A stretch of DNA of 64,000 bases from Eledone cirrhosa. Taxonomy: Eukaryota. The stretch is taken from assembly GCA_964016885.1 (NCBI GenBank), contig OZ024741.1, positions 40,548,001-40,612,000 on the forward strand, written 5' to 3'. The notes below the pieces were generated by a model that was not told where the DNA came from, ran no database searches, and worked only from the letters and a program-made list of their open reading frames with translations. Position numbers and translations under genes: made by a program. Positions 51,362-64,000 of the stretch are shown here, piece by piece; within the stretch, counting starts at the first letter, position 1, and each line of letters starts with the position of its first letter.

Positions 51362-53671
51362 CATTACAGACTCCCTTCTCACTGACTGTGATGGATTTAA
51401 TATCCGGTGACAGTGAATCAAGAAGATTCAGACCAAGTAGGGAATGAAGAAGTTTGGATTGAAGTTGTTCCAGGGATGACTTATCGAAAGGTGTAAAAGA
51501 GCAGTCGGATGAAAGAAGCTGCACTACACATTTCACTTTCAATTCCTGCAGTTTGTTATTGATGGATAACTTGAAACTTTTGTGATTGATATCTGAAGGA
51601 GACTTAGACGCTGAGAAATTATAGTTGAACTAATGTAAAAACTAGAACGTATATAATTGAGATGTGGCCTCAAGGTCATTCTAGGAGAAAAATAGCTCCG
51701 ATCAAGTACTGACATTAGAGGAATCCGATACTCTAATGACTCTGCCAATTCACCGACATTGGTAGAATTTGAATTCTTTCCGTTCTCAGTTCAAATCATG
51801 CTGTGATCTATTTTGATGGAACTCAGTTTAGGTCTGTCGCCAGGCAATGGTACTTGGTGGTGGCTTCGGAACAAACTGGGTGGGGGACACTAAGTTACAA
51901 TATTTCTATGGCGGAGGTTCGGAATAAGCATAGCACCGTATTTTTTTTATCTGAGGGTGCATCATTGAAAAGTAGGTGAGGGGGTGAGTAGTGCCATCCA
52001 GTTCCCCACCCCATTGACGACAAGCCTGATCCAACTCCGTTGCAAGCATTCGGGTTTGTGAATATTCTACTCCCTATTTCCATTCTCTCAAAAGTCCTGA
52101 AATTGGCCATGGGCATTGCCCTTCCCTCCCCACCTAAATGGTAACGTAAAGTGCCCTTAACTCCCAATGGAGTTGTAATGCGCCGTCCGGGTGGGTACAT
52201 GGTGTGTCTTGAGCTTTTTAAATCTGGTTGGAATGCAGCCGATCGAGAGAATCTATCCCCAGTACTGGACGGGTACATTATTTAACGACCTCGAAAGGAT
52301 AAAAGGCAAAGTTGACCTCGGTGGGATTTGAACTCGAAGCGGAGAGAGCCGAAACATTTACCGGGGCTTTATTGATTCGCCGTTTTATCTAAATACATAC
52401 GAAAAAAAAAAAAAATTATTCAAATTACTGGCCAAAAGTGTTAGCATTCGTAATGACCTTATTAGGTTTCATATAACAACCTGATGATAGATCCTCCATC
52501 GGTTTCGACAATGATCATTCAGTTGTTTGATAAAGTGAATGTGCAATTCTTTAATTAATTATATGAGTAGTTGAATATTCGACAGACACGTGTACTCTTA
52601 ACTTAATTCCCAAGCCGAATCAACGTGACACCATATTTGACAAGACTTTTGAATTACAGGTATAATCTATCCGATGGACTGCTTTATAGTTTCCGTCGAC
52701 TTCTAAGACTTGAATTATAGATATAATTCAACTTGCATTATGATGTTGACTTTGCCTTTCATCCTTACGGGGTCGATAAAATAAAGTACCAGTAATGCAC
52801 TGGATAATTACTGGCCTTGTGCCTAAAGTAGAAACAATTATGATGTGTGTGGCTGAGTATTCCACGGTCACGTATACCTTTAACTCTTGTGGTGTGCGGA
52901 CGATTGTCTCGCTTGGTAGTGAATTGATGGTCGTTTTTGTTTTCGCTTCCTTACCTTTTTTTCTCTGGTCGTTATATTTTGTTTTTCTCGTTCTGTGTCT
53001 TACGTATTTGTGAGATTCCCAGTAATAGTTAATTGTATTTATTATATGTGTTTATATTTCTACTCTAAAAGAATTGTGAGCAATTTGTAATGTTATTTAA
53101 GTATATTTAAAATTAAAAAAAAGTTATAAGTTTCCTAAAAACAAAAGATCATATATGTAAAAAAATGTGACATGGTTGAACTTTGAACTTCAGAAATAAC
53201 ATAAATAATTAGGAGTTGTATATTTTAAATACGTCTTTGTTTTTATTTTTACGTATTGTTGTTTTAAGATTCAAGATAATGTTATCAAGAACTGTTATTG
53301 AAGTGTTTGTGAAAATATGTGATAAGAAAAAATATTGACTTCATTGGTCGGAACAAAAAACAAAAGAAACAGCCGTAATAGCGACACCGTTTCATTACAA
53401 AACTATGGCAGTAATTCGGACACGGCGAGCAACAGCTAATGACTGTGAATATATAATTCATTTATTTGAGGTACGTGTTGAAAACTTACATCGTAATGAG
53501 TCATTGTTAATTATTTAATAAGAATTTTTAAACTAAAATATATTTTAGCGTCCTAAAACCTCCTGCATCAACGAGATTCAATGATCGTCTAGTTAAACTT
53601 TTTAGGAATACAAAGTACTTATTTAACATTTTTTTTTTTCACATGCAATTAATTTATTGAATTAAAATAAC

Positions 53672-54001
53672 GGCACTACAACGCTATTAGCTGTCAGTCC
53701 AGTGGAAAACAGGCGAAGGTGACGTCACTGGTCAACCGTTTATTTCCGTATTACTACCACACGTAAGCGGAGTTTTCACGCGTTTTTTTTTTTTTTTTGA
53801 GAGAGAGAGAGGGAAGACTTAAAAGGGCCAAATTAGAAAAGTCATGGTTATAAAGCATATCGATGTAAGTGGAGTTACTTAAATGAAAATATAGGTGGCC
53901 CTTAAAAGGGCCAAATTAGAAAACAAGTCATTCATAAATTTAAGTTTTATAATCAAATTCTTTTCATCAACAAATATGACAGCTAATAGCGTTGGAGTGC
54001 C
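53672..54001. mobile_element. MITE-like element with 25-bp inverted repeats
   Basis: GGCACTACAACGCTATTAGCTGTCA (53672-53696) and TGACAGCTAATAGCGTTGGAGTGCC (53977-54001), 1 mismatch. Confidence 0.65.
53894..53912 (-). promoter_or_regulatory. Histone 3' stem-loop-like motif
   Basis: Minus strand GGCCCTTTTAAGGGCC-ACC matches consensus GGYYCTTTTMAGRGCC-ACC; no histone CDS nearby. Confidence 0.5.
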
Positions 54002-54037
54002 CGCAATTATGTATCTTTACGTATATTGCGCATAGAT

Positions 54038-54310
54038 ACGAGGGTTGACAAAGATACTCTCATGGAATGTGACCAAATGAGGTTTATTTTTCAACATAGT
54101 CTCCCTTGCGTTCCACACACTTCTTCCATCGGTGTTGCAGTACTGAGATCAATGTTTTCCTCGGTAGTGGCAGTTGTAGGACGTCCAGACATTGGGTCAT
54201 CTTCAAGAATCCCCTATCCTTTCCTAAATTCGGCTGCCCACTTTTGCACAAAGGAAAATTGTGGTACAATATTGTAAGGTCTGCTTATAGCATTATCCAT
54301 CTTTCAAAAA
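54038..54310 (-). mobile_element. Internally deleted mariner remnant
   Basis: TACGAGGG terminus; LQHRWKKCVERKGDYVEK transposase C-terminus. Confidence 0.75.
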
Positions 54311-54994
54311 TGAAGGCCCACATTTCGTCGACTTCAATACATTTTATTACATTTTATTGTATTGTAAACATTAACTTTTATGGAAATTTATATACAAAAT
54401 TTCAATTTAGTTCGATTTTTTGGAATTTATTTAACAAACATGGAAAAATAAGAAAAAGAATAAAATAAAAAATAATTTGATTGCTTTTAATAAAGAAGTT
54501 AGAGTGGAACTGATTTCCAGGTCATACTAATGAAACAAGGTTTTTTCCATTACTGATATTATCTGTCTGCCGCAAGTCCTGGTAGAAGATGCTACACGAA
54601 CTAAAGTATTTTACTGAAGGACGCAACATGCTGCAGGATCGAAGAAACGAGCCCATGACTTTATAATGGTTAGTCCAGTACCGTAACCCCTAAGGTATGT
54701 GCCTTCACAGAGGAAAGGTAAATCATATTATAACAGATTAGATGGGTACTATGTTAGATATTACTATGTGTCATATTATACCAAAGAGGAAGTGTGCTGT
54801 ATAATAAACATTGATATCAGGTTGATTCAATAACTACCCGGTCCCAAATATGAACCCATGAACTTATAGTCGTCAGTCAAACACTTTAACCATTGTATGT
54901 ATGTATACACGTATGGATGGATGTATGTGTGTATACATGTATGTATGGATGGATGTATGCATTTATGTATATATGTAAGTATGTATGCGTGTAT

Positions 54995-57482
54995 GAGAAC
55001 AACTGGAAGGACTTCAGGAGCTCGGTCTATGAGGCTTCAGCAGAGGTCCTTGGCTTTGTCACAAGAAAACAAGGACTGGTTTGATGAGAATGACCAGGAG
55101 GTCAAGGCTCTGCTAGACAGAAAACAAAAGGCACTTGATGCAGTTCTTAAAGGTGGTAGCTCTGTTGGTGACAATTATGAGCGTTACAGACAGGTAAAGA
55201 AGGAAGTGCAGGTGAAACTCAGGGCTATGCAAAATACCTGGTGGAGCAACAAAGCAGATGAAGTTCAAGTGGCATCTGACGGCAACAATGTGAAACTGCT
55301 GCACTTTCTACTCACAGAGGTGTATGGCCCTTTCAGCTCTCCAGTGGCCCCTTTGAGATCGAAAGATGGCAAGCAATTACTGCGTGACCCAAAAGACACT
55401 CGACAGATAGAGAGATCACTTTGATGAGCTCTTAAACCAGGTTGATGATGATTTCATTTGTTCCATTCCTATTGAACCAGTGAAGCATATGAGATGGCTA
55501 ATGTATCTTCTCTTGCAGAGGGGACTTCTGTTGTGCATAAGCTGAACTGTGGTAAGTCTCCTGGTATGGATGGTCTGAGTGGAGCGGTTTTGAAGTGTGG
55601 TGGTGAAAACTTCACGCAGCGCCTGACTGACCTCATGAAAATGGTGTGGGAAGATGAGAATGTCCCACAAGAAGGATGCACTCATGGTGATTCTCCATAA
55701 AGGAAAGGACGGCAAGGACAAATGTGGCAATTATCATGTCATATCCCTTCTTTCAGTAGTTGGTAAAGTCGTGTCGAATATTGATGGATAGATTAATCCC
55801 AAGAGTTGCTCTGAATGTGTTGCCTGAGTCGCAGTGTGGGTTCAGAAACGAAAGAGGAACAGTGGATATGATCGTTTCTGCTTGGCAGCTGCAAGAAAAG
55901 TGTATCGAACAATGTATGGGCCTTTACCAGGTCTTTGTTGACTTGACAAAGGCCTTTGACACTGTAAATCGAACTGTGTTGTGGGAAAAAAAATCCAAGG
56001 TAGGGTAGAAGATTCTGCATCTTTTCCATGATGACATGAAGGCTTTGGTCAGTATTGGTGGTAGCATCTTTGAACCAAAATCAGTTGAAAATGGAGTGAA
56101 GCAGGGGGGACATTCCGGCTCCAACACTGTTTTCCTTATATTTTACGATAGTGTTTTTCATGGCATTCAAATATTGTTCTCATGGGGTTTACATCAGGTA
56201 TCGCACTTCAGGAAGGTTGTTCAACACCAGGCGCTTTGGTGCAAGCACAAAAGTATTAACATCTATAATCCGAGAGTTTTTGTATGCAGACGACTGCAAT
56301 CTTTTTGCACACTCACAAAGTGACATGCAGCATATTATGAACTCTTTTTCTGCAGCTTGCAGCACTTTGGGCGTCACAATAAGCTTGGAAAAGACTGTTG
56401 TGATGTATCAGCCAGTACCTGGAAACGAGTACACTGCACCAAGTGTGTACGTGTACGGAAAGAGGCTAAAAGTTGCTGACAAGTTTGTTTACCTTGGAGG
56501 TACGTTGAACACTTCATGCATACATGATAATGAAATATCCTTAAGAATCAAGAAAGCCAGTGATGCTTTTGGACGGCTGCATCAACGTTTATGGTCCAGA
56601 CGAGGTATCACTATCGAAACTAAGGTGAAAGTGTATCTGACTTGTTTCGTCTCCTCTTTACTTTATGTTTGTGAAACATGGGTCATATACAGAAAGCACC
56701 TCAAGGATCTGGAGAGATTTCACCAACAATCTTTTCCTAAGTTACTTGGGGTGTGGTGGAAAATGTTCGCCAGTGATTTGGAAGTTCTAGAACGGAGCAG
56801 GTGTGTGACTATAGAGAGCATAATCTTTCGGTATTGGTTGAGGTGGTGCAGTCACGTGGTCCAGATGTCTGATGATCGTATTCCAAAGCAACTTCTCTCT
56901 GGAGAACTGTGTGAAGGAAGGCAACCACCACATAAACCAAAAAGGCGGTACCGGGACTGTATCAGGGGCACCTTGGCTTCTGCTGGAATTTCATCTGACG
57001 AATGGGAGAAAATGGCTGACGAGCGTGTGAAGTGGAGACGTTTGATCAAGTTAGGTGGTGAACACTTTGAAACTCGTCGGAGAGAACACCTAACACTGAA
57101 AAGGAAGGTGAGGATTGAGACTGTTCTGAACTGCCTGCTGTTGAACATCATCTGGTTTGCCAGCACTGTGGTCGAGTCAGCCTGAGCAAAGCTGGTTTGA
57201 TGAGACATGAATAAAGTCATATCAGTCGACCTCATGTAGATTATGATCTGAAAAGGTTTAAGAAATGTACAAGCATGGGAGGTCTTAAAAGATACATGTG
57301 AACATACAGCCAGAACAAAGCAATGGAAGGTTTCGGGGGCGCCTAAAGTTGCCATGTGTGTGCCAGAGGGTGCAAGTATTTGGCTGGTTTAAAGAGTCAC
57401 ATTTGTGCTTCACATTTTTGAACATATCGGGCGATGGTAATACTTGAACACGAGTTTGCAGCCATCATAGTATGTATGTATG
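54995..57482 (+). pseudogene. RTE (BovB-like) LINE, 5'-truncated, several frameshifts, (TATG)n tail
   Basis: DWFDEND, KSPGMDG, LPESQCGFR, FVDLTKAFDTVNR, GVKQG, EFLYADDC, FVYLGG, LLYVCETW, RIPKQLL; C-terminal C2H2-like motifs. Confidence 0.92.
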
Positions 57483-58090
57483 TCGGGTCACTCTTGAGTG
57501 CTATTGGTAACATGTAACCCAGTACAACCCGTCACATGGTCGGCGACTAAACCGGCAACCCCAAGTTTACTTGGTGAGGAGGGTGATTTTGGACACCCTG
57601 CAGGACAAAAAAACAAAACCTGACAAAGGGCGGAAGATCTCATAAGAGTCAACGGCCATCCAAAAGTGTGTAAATATGTATATACATATGTATGTATATG
57701 TATATATACATGGGTGCATGTGTAAGTACATGCGCGGGGGACATAGAAATAATCGGGCTGGACACCCGATCGCGCGGTTAAACCACTGGGAATGAAGGAC
57801 CCGTAGCCTTTGTCAGGGCATTCTTCTAGGAGAAGGCAACTCAGGAAACTGGGATAACTCCGATATAAAACCTGCGGCTCAGTAATTATCGATGATGTTG
57901 ATATTTTCTTCTTTTCGTGTTATAGCTACTGTCGCTCAGAGAGTGGGATTGGCTCAGTGCACAGTCTTTCCTCATTTAAAAAAATATCTTCATGCACAGG
58001 CATTGCACGATAGAATTAATTGATAATTATTAATAATGGTATATCGTGCAATGGCCATACTCGATAACGAGGGGGCAGCCATCGTGCGTG
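57483..58090 (+). mobile_element. Non-autonomous RTE derivative, interrupted at about 57666-57780
   Basis: Homologous to 18220-18775; tail ATACTCGATAACGAGGGGGCAGCCATC. Confidence 0.7.
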
Positions 58091-58339
58091 CGTGTGTCCA
58101 TACACATTTATTCAGCTGATATAGGCTGGAATGGTTGGAATATCCTGAAACAACAGGTGATGTGTTGTTTCCACGTCCAATTTGCAGTGGAATGATAGGG
58201 ACCCCAGTCCTATCATCTCATTTCTACAGCTGAGTAAACTGGAGCAATGTGAAATAAAGTGTCTTGCTCAAGGAAACAACACATCACCCGGTGTGAGAAT
58301 TGGATTCACAACCTTTCGATTGCAAGGCCAATGCTCTCA

Positions 58340-58380
<41 letters not shown>

Positions 58381-58609
58381 TACATACACACACACACACA
58401 TATATAAACTAATATATACACACACACACACATATAGTAATAATAACCGAGACCTTTGGCGGTACTCGGTAACAGAGAAGACCCGCCTTACCTAAATACA
58501 TAGTAAAACCTACTACAGCCAGTAGGCATCTCTAACAAAATACACCCCGTCCCACCCACACCACCCCGTTCTATGTAAAGTTATGTTGGTGCCGCGCCAT
58601 CCAGGCCGA

Positions 58610-58875
58610 AACAAATGAGATCGTGTAGGTGTCACGACAAAAAAACACACAGTCCACGCTGTAATGTGGCCTTGTAGGCAACACGGTAAAAACCTCCCAG
58701 ACCCACACTGTTAATGTGGTTGGTGTTAGGAAGGGCATCCAACTGTAGAAAACCTGCCAGACAGTCCTATGCGAGCAAGACAATCACTCTTGCCTCAAGT
58801 GGGACTACCCCCGTCCAAATCCATGCAAGCGTGGAACACGGACGTTAAACGTTGATGATGATGATGATGATGATG
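58610..58875 (+). mobile_element. SINE-like element S3 with (GAT)n tail
   Basis: GTTGGTGTTAGGAAGGGCATCCA core; reverse copy at 61044-61200. Confidence 0.65.
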
Positions 58876-59445
58876 AAGACTAAAATCCAAAGAGGGCTTG
58901 ATAGGGATAAATATATATCAATTATATAAGAACCGTAGAGCAAATATTTATTAAAATAACAGATTAAAGTTTAATCAAAGAATCGGCTGCTTTCACCCTT
59001 AATGGGATCTTCTGAAACTATGAAAAAAAAAAAAAAAAAAAAAAAAATCTGGGAACGAAGAAGTAAATATTTCGAAAAAACGTTGCAACCGAAGAAAGAC
59101 AGGAAGACGATACTTTGGTTCGTGGAGACGTAGTTTTAGGTATTCCTTCCTGCTTGGTACGGGTATGTTCTTTGTAGAAATATTCAGATGTTTCTGCATG
59201 ATGAATATAAGTCAATAGAGTGCTCAGTCAAGGGAGCCAAATAGTAATAATAATAAATTTGAAGACTAACATCCAAAGAGGGCACGATAAGGATAAATAT
59301 ATATCAAATATATAAGAACCGTAGAGCAAAATATTTATTAAAATAACAGATTAATGTTTAAGCAAAATATCGGCTGCTTTCACCCTTAATGGATCTTCTG
59401 AAACTAAAAAAGATCAATCTGTGAACACAGAAGTAAATATTTCTA
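58874..59445 (-). mobile_element. Family C tandem: pLTR, PLE ORF start, deletion, pLTR; hammerhead-like motifs at 59356-59404 and 58969-59018
   Basis: Repeats start at 58874 and 59260 (386 bp apart); the spacer encodes MQKHLNISTKNIPVPSRKEYLK. Confidence 0.75.
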
Positions 59446-59539
59446 AGCCGACCTTTCCCAATTGCACCTCTCAAGGGCAATGACACACGACCATGACCTC
59501 TGGCGTCATACAGAAGACCCGACTTTCCACAGGAACAAG

Positions 59540-59820
59540 TAGACAATATTTGTTTTCCTTTCTTTTTTTTTATGTCCTATCAACTAATCCGACCTCCAAA
59601 ATGCTTGCAATTGACTATTTTTTTAGCATATTAACAACAAATATGACTTCCACTGCAATAAAAAATGGCTAGCTTTGTAAATGGTATTCCACTCACATCC
59701 TCCCTCTTTTTTTCTACAAAGCTAGTCATTTTCATCAGGTTTCCATATCATAACCATTGATAATATGTGCATAAAATAGTAATCTGCGAGCACCATTTAT
59801 GTCAAATTGGATTGTAAGCA

Positions 59821-59858
<38 letters not shown>

Positions 59859-61800
59859 CCAAATGAAAATTTGTCACACCAAAATCAATAGCTTGGTGTG
59901 ATGTAGTATGGTGTGGTGAAGTTTCTACAAAGATAGTCATTTTCGACAGGTTTCCATGTCATAATTACTGATAAGTGGAAAAAAAAATAGTCAATTGGGA
60001 GCACCTTTAATGTCAGATTGGGTGGTAAGCACACACAAAAAAAATAAAAAAAAAAGAAAACGGGAAAAAAATGTTTCACACCAAAATCAATAGCTTGGTG
60101 CCATGTAGTATTGTGTAACTTGGTATGGTGTGGTTTGGTTTGGTTTGGTGAAGTTATGAAATGGAAACCAATTCTAAACGATAGATTCCCATGTCATATT
60201 CATTGATAATGTGGGAAAATAGTCATTTGCAAGCACCTTTGATGTTAGTTTGGGTGGTAAGCACAAAAAAAAAAAAAAATTTACCATAATATGGTGCTGT
60301 TTGATATGGTGTGGTTTGATGTAGATTAATGTGGTGTGCTTTGTTATAAGTAAGGAATTAAATTTCCACTTTGATTTATGTAAGAAAAAAACTTTTTCCT
60401 TCACTTTTGCATGTGCTATCAACTAATACAACTTCCAAGATGCTCGCAGTGGACTATGCTTTTAGCATATTAACAAAAAATATAACTTCCGCTGCAATAA
60501 AAAAATGACTAGCTTTGTAAATGGTATTTCCACCCACATCCTCCCTCTTTTTTCTACAAAGCTAGTCATTTTTGACAGTTTTCCATGTCATAATTATTGA
60601 TATGTGCGAAAAATAGTCAATTGCAGCACCTTTGATGTCAGATTGGGTGGTCAGAACACACACAAAAAAAAAAAAAGAAACAGGACGAAAATTTTTCACA
60701 CTGAGATCAAAAGCATGGTGTGATGTAGAATGGTGTAGTTTGTTGTGGTGTGGTTTGGATTGTTGTAGTTATGACATGGGAACCTATTGCAAATGATAGG
60801 TTTCCATGTTATATACATTGATAATGTGTAAAAAAAATAGTCATTTGTCAGCACCTTTGATATCAGATTGGGTGGTAAGCACACGCACACACAGAAAAAA
60901 AAAAAAGAAGAAAAATGTTCTCACTGAGATTAATAGCATGGTGTGATGTAGTATGGTGTAGTTTGGTATGGTGTATTTGGATGTAGTTTAATGTGATATG
61001 GTTTTCCAACCTCCAACATGCTCACAGCCGACTATGCTTTTACCATCATCATCATCATCATTTTACATCCACTTTTCCCTGCTTGCAAGGGTGGGACGGG
61101 AACTGATTCTGGCTTGATTTCTACAGCTGGATGCCCTTCCTAACACCAACCTCATTTAGAGTGAGTGCTGGGTGGTCTTTGCCGTGGCACCCACACGACA
61201 ACTTTGCAGTGGAATGATCGGGACACCAGTCCCTATCATCTCATTTCTACAGCTGAGTAAACTGGAGCAATGTGAAATAACGTGTCCTGCTCAAGGAAAC
61301 AACACACCAACTGGTCTGAGAATTGAACTCACAACCTTTCGATTGCAAGGCCAATGCTCTAACCACTAAGCCATGTGCCTCCATTACCATATTAACAACA
61401 TAATACTTTCACTGCAATGAAAAATGACAAGCTTTGTGAATGGTATTTCCACCCACTTTCCGCCCTCTTTTTTCTACAAAGCTAGTCATTTTCAATATGT
61501 TTCACAGTCTTCATTGATAATATGTGCAAAAAATAGTTAATTGCAAACACTTTTAATGTCATTGGGTGGTAAGCACACACACAAAAAAAGACAAAAAAAG
61601 CAGGAAGAAAATTTTTCACACTGAGTTCAATAGCATGGTGTGATGTAGTATGGTGTAGTTTGTTATGGTGTGGTTTGGTTTGGTGTGGTTTGGTATGGTT
61701 TAGTTTGGTGTAGTTATAACATGGAAACCTATCATAAATTTACCAAGGTATGGTATAATCTGGTTTGGTGTAGTGTAGGTTAGTGTGGTGTGGTGTATTA
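59540..61800. repeat. Complex ~200-bp-unit satellite with direct and inverted subunits
   Basis: AAAATAGTCA.TTGC.AGCACCTTTGATGTCAGATTGGGTGGTAAGCAC recurs near 59775, 59985, 60217, 60610, 60834 and 61530; inverted versions near 59580, 60420 and 61010. Confidence 0.8.
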
Positions 61801-61919
61801 TTGTGTTGCATCGTATAGCGTGATTCTCTTTAAATTAAAATCATTAAAATGTAATGTCTATCTTCTATATCTTAAAGAGTGACCTTAAATGTGATTGCAA
61901 ATGACTTTTTTCTCTGGAT

Positions 61920-64000
61920 TAATGTTAAATTTAGGGTTAGTGTTAGGGTAAGTTTTATTGTTAATGGTAAGTTTATTATTAGTGACTGTGTTACTGTTAG
62001 CATTGCTGTCACTGTTAGTGTAACTCTTACAGTTACTGTTTGCGTTACTGTCTGCATCAGCATTAGCATTTGCATAAGCGTCTATGTAAGCTTTTGTGTT
62101 AGTGTCTATGTAGACTGGTGTTAGCATCTGCGTTAGTGTTTGCGTAAGTGTCAGCATCTATGTCAGCATTTGCGTCAGCGTCTGCATTGGTGATAGTGAT
62201 TGTGTCAGCATTTCCCTTAGCGTCTGAGTCAACATTAGTGTTAGCATTAGTGTTTGTTTCAGTGCCTACGTCTACGTCAGCATTATCATTAGCGTCCGCG
62301 TCAGCTCTTGTGTCAGTGTCAGTGTCAGCATTTGCATCAGCATGCACGAGTCAGTGTTAACATCAGCGTTTTCATTTGTGTAGGGGTTTGCATTTGCGTC
62401 AGCATCTGCATCAGCATTCACATTAGCGACAGCGTTTCCTTTAACGTCTTTGTCAGCATTTCCGTTAGCGTCTGTGTCAGTGTTTCCGACCGCGTCTGCG
62501 TCAGCGTCAGTATTTACATCAGCGTCAGCGTTTCAGTTAACGTCAGCGTTTGCGTTAGCATCTGTGTCAGCGTTTCCGTTAGCTTCTACGTCAGCGTTTC
62601 CGTAACGACTACGTCAGCGTTTTCCGTTAGCATTGGCGTTTTCATCAACCTTTCCTGTGGCGTCCGCATCATTTTGCTGCGTCTGCATATCCCATGTAAG
62701 CGTTAACTTCAGCATTTGCGTCAGCGTTAGCCCTAGCGTCCACATCAGCATTTGCTTTAGCGTCAGCATACACGTCAGCGCCGGCGTACTGCCTCAACAT
62801 TTGCGTCAGCGTTAGCTTGGCTTTGGCTTCAGCAATCCGCATCAGCAATTGCGTTTTGGAGATCAGCTTCGGCGGTAAGGGTAAACGCTAATTTCTACGC
62901 CTGCTTCTACGTAACAACTACGTCAGTGTTTTGTTAGCTTCTACGTCAGCGTTTACGTTAGCGTTTACGTTAGCTTCTACATCAGCATCTACATTAGCTT
63001 CTACATCAGCGCTTACATTAGTATTCTGTGTTTGTGTTAGCTCTGTCAGCATTTGTATTTACATCTACATCAGCGTCTGTGTCAGTGTTTACGTTAGCAT
63101 CTGTGTTAACGTGTGTTAGCGTCTGTGTCAGCATTTTCATTAGTGTTTGCATCAGTGTTTCCTTTAGCTTCTACGTCAATGTTTACGTCTGCGTTAAAGT
63201 TCACATTAGCATCACTGTCAGCATTTGCGTTTGCTTTAACATCTGCATCAACATTTGCGTCTGTGTTTGCATTAGTGTCTGCATTTGCTTTAGTGTTTGC
63301 ATCAGCATGAGCATTTGTGTCAGTGTCCATGTCAGCGTTAGAGTCTGTGTAGCATTTACATCAGCGTGTACGTCAGAGTCTTTGTCAGCATTCGCCTTTG
63401 CACCTGCATCAGTATTCACGTTAGTGTTTGTGTCAGCATAAGCGATTGTGTCAACATTTGCACTAGCGTTTGTGCCAGCATAGCCATCTTCGTCAGTGTC
63501 AGCTTTGGCGTTAGTGTTTCCATTAGTGTTCGTGTTTGATTTTGTATTAGTGTTAGCATTTTTGTTAGTGTTAGTGTTCAGGTTAATGTTGACTTAGTTT
63601 TCAGGTTAGGACTCGTGTTAGTGGTTTATGGTAGTGTTAGTGTTCAGTTTTAGTGTTAGTGTTTTATTTTGTGTTAATGTTTGTGTTTCCATTAGTCTTT
63701 GTTTTTCTGTTAATGTTAGTGTTTGTTTTAGTGTTGAGGTTAATGTTCGCTTAGTATTCTGGTTAGTATCAGTTTTAGTGTTAGTTTTTATGGTAGTGTT
63801 AGTGTTCAGATCAGTGTTAGTGTTTGTGTTACTGTTTATGGTAGTCTTAGTGCTAGTGTTTAGGTTAATGTTAGTTTTAGTGTAAGTGTTCATGTTAGTG
63901 TTAGTGTTAAGGTTAGTGTTTGTTTTTGTGTTAATATTTGTGTTAGTATCTCTGTTAGCATTAGTGTTTATGTTAGTGTTCAGGTTAATGTTAGCTTAGT
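61920..64000. repeat. Degenerate hexamer satellite (TTAGTG/TCAGCG/TTAGCA)
   Basis: 6-bp periodicity to the window end; two exact TTAGGG near 61931-61948. Confidence 0.85.

Noticed and set aside
61872-63893. ADADAN/VSVSV-rich ORFs
   Set aside because: Products of the hexamer satellite, open in many frames.

Overview
Animal, AT-rich, extremely repeat-dense DNA; the (TA)n/(CA)n/(CATA)n load and SINE repertoire resemble octopod cephalopods (inference). No host protein-coding exon was recognised and most ORFs in the track are microsatellite artefacts. Transposon content: a nearly intact R4/Dong-type RLE non-LTR retrotransposon (20370-23761, one late frameshift), a disrupted Penelope-like element (PLE, RT plus C-terminal GIY-YIG, Naiad-like) with an inverted 5' pLTR copy (34098-36990), an RTE LINE (54995-57482) with non-autonomous derivatives, and fragments of Gypsy, Helitron, mariner, CRE, Hero and Vingi elements, plus tRNA-derived SINEs and two complex satellites. 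The main signal outside the ORF track is a dense set of type I hammerhead ribozymes (HHRs): about 20 whole or partial copies in about 10 unrelated sequence families. They lie in short non-coding units next to (TA)n tracts, arranged as tandem 386/420/523-bp repeats and as fold-back palindromes. Several have non-canonical cores (U3-A8 swap, U4A, U.U at the base of stem II, long stem II inserts). This looks like a community of non-autonomous PLE-derived retrozyme-like elements. All helices were paired by eye; no folding, database search or activity test was run.
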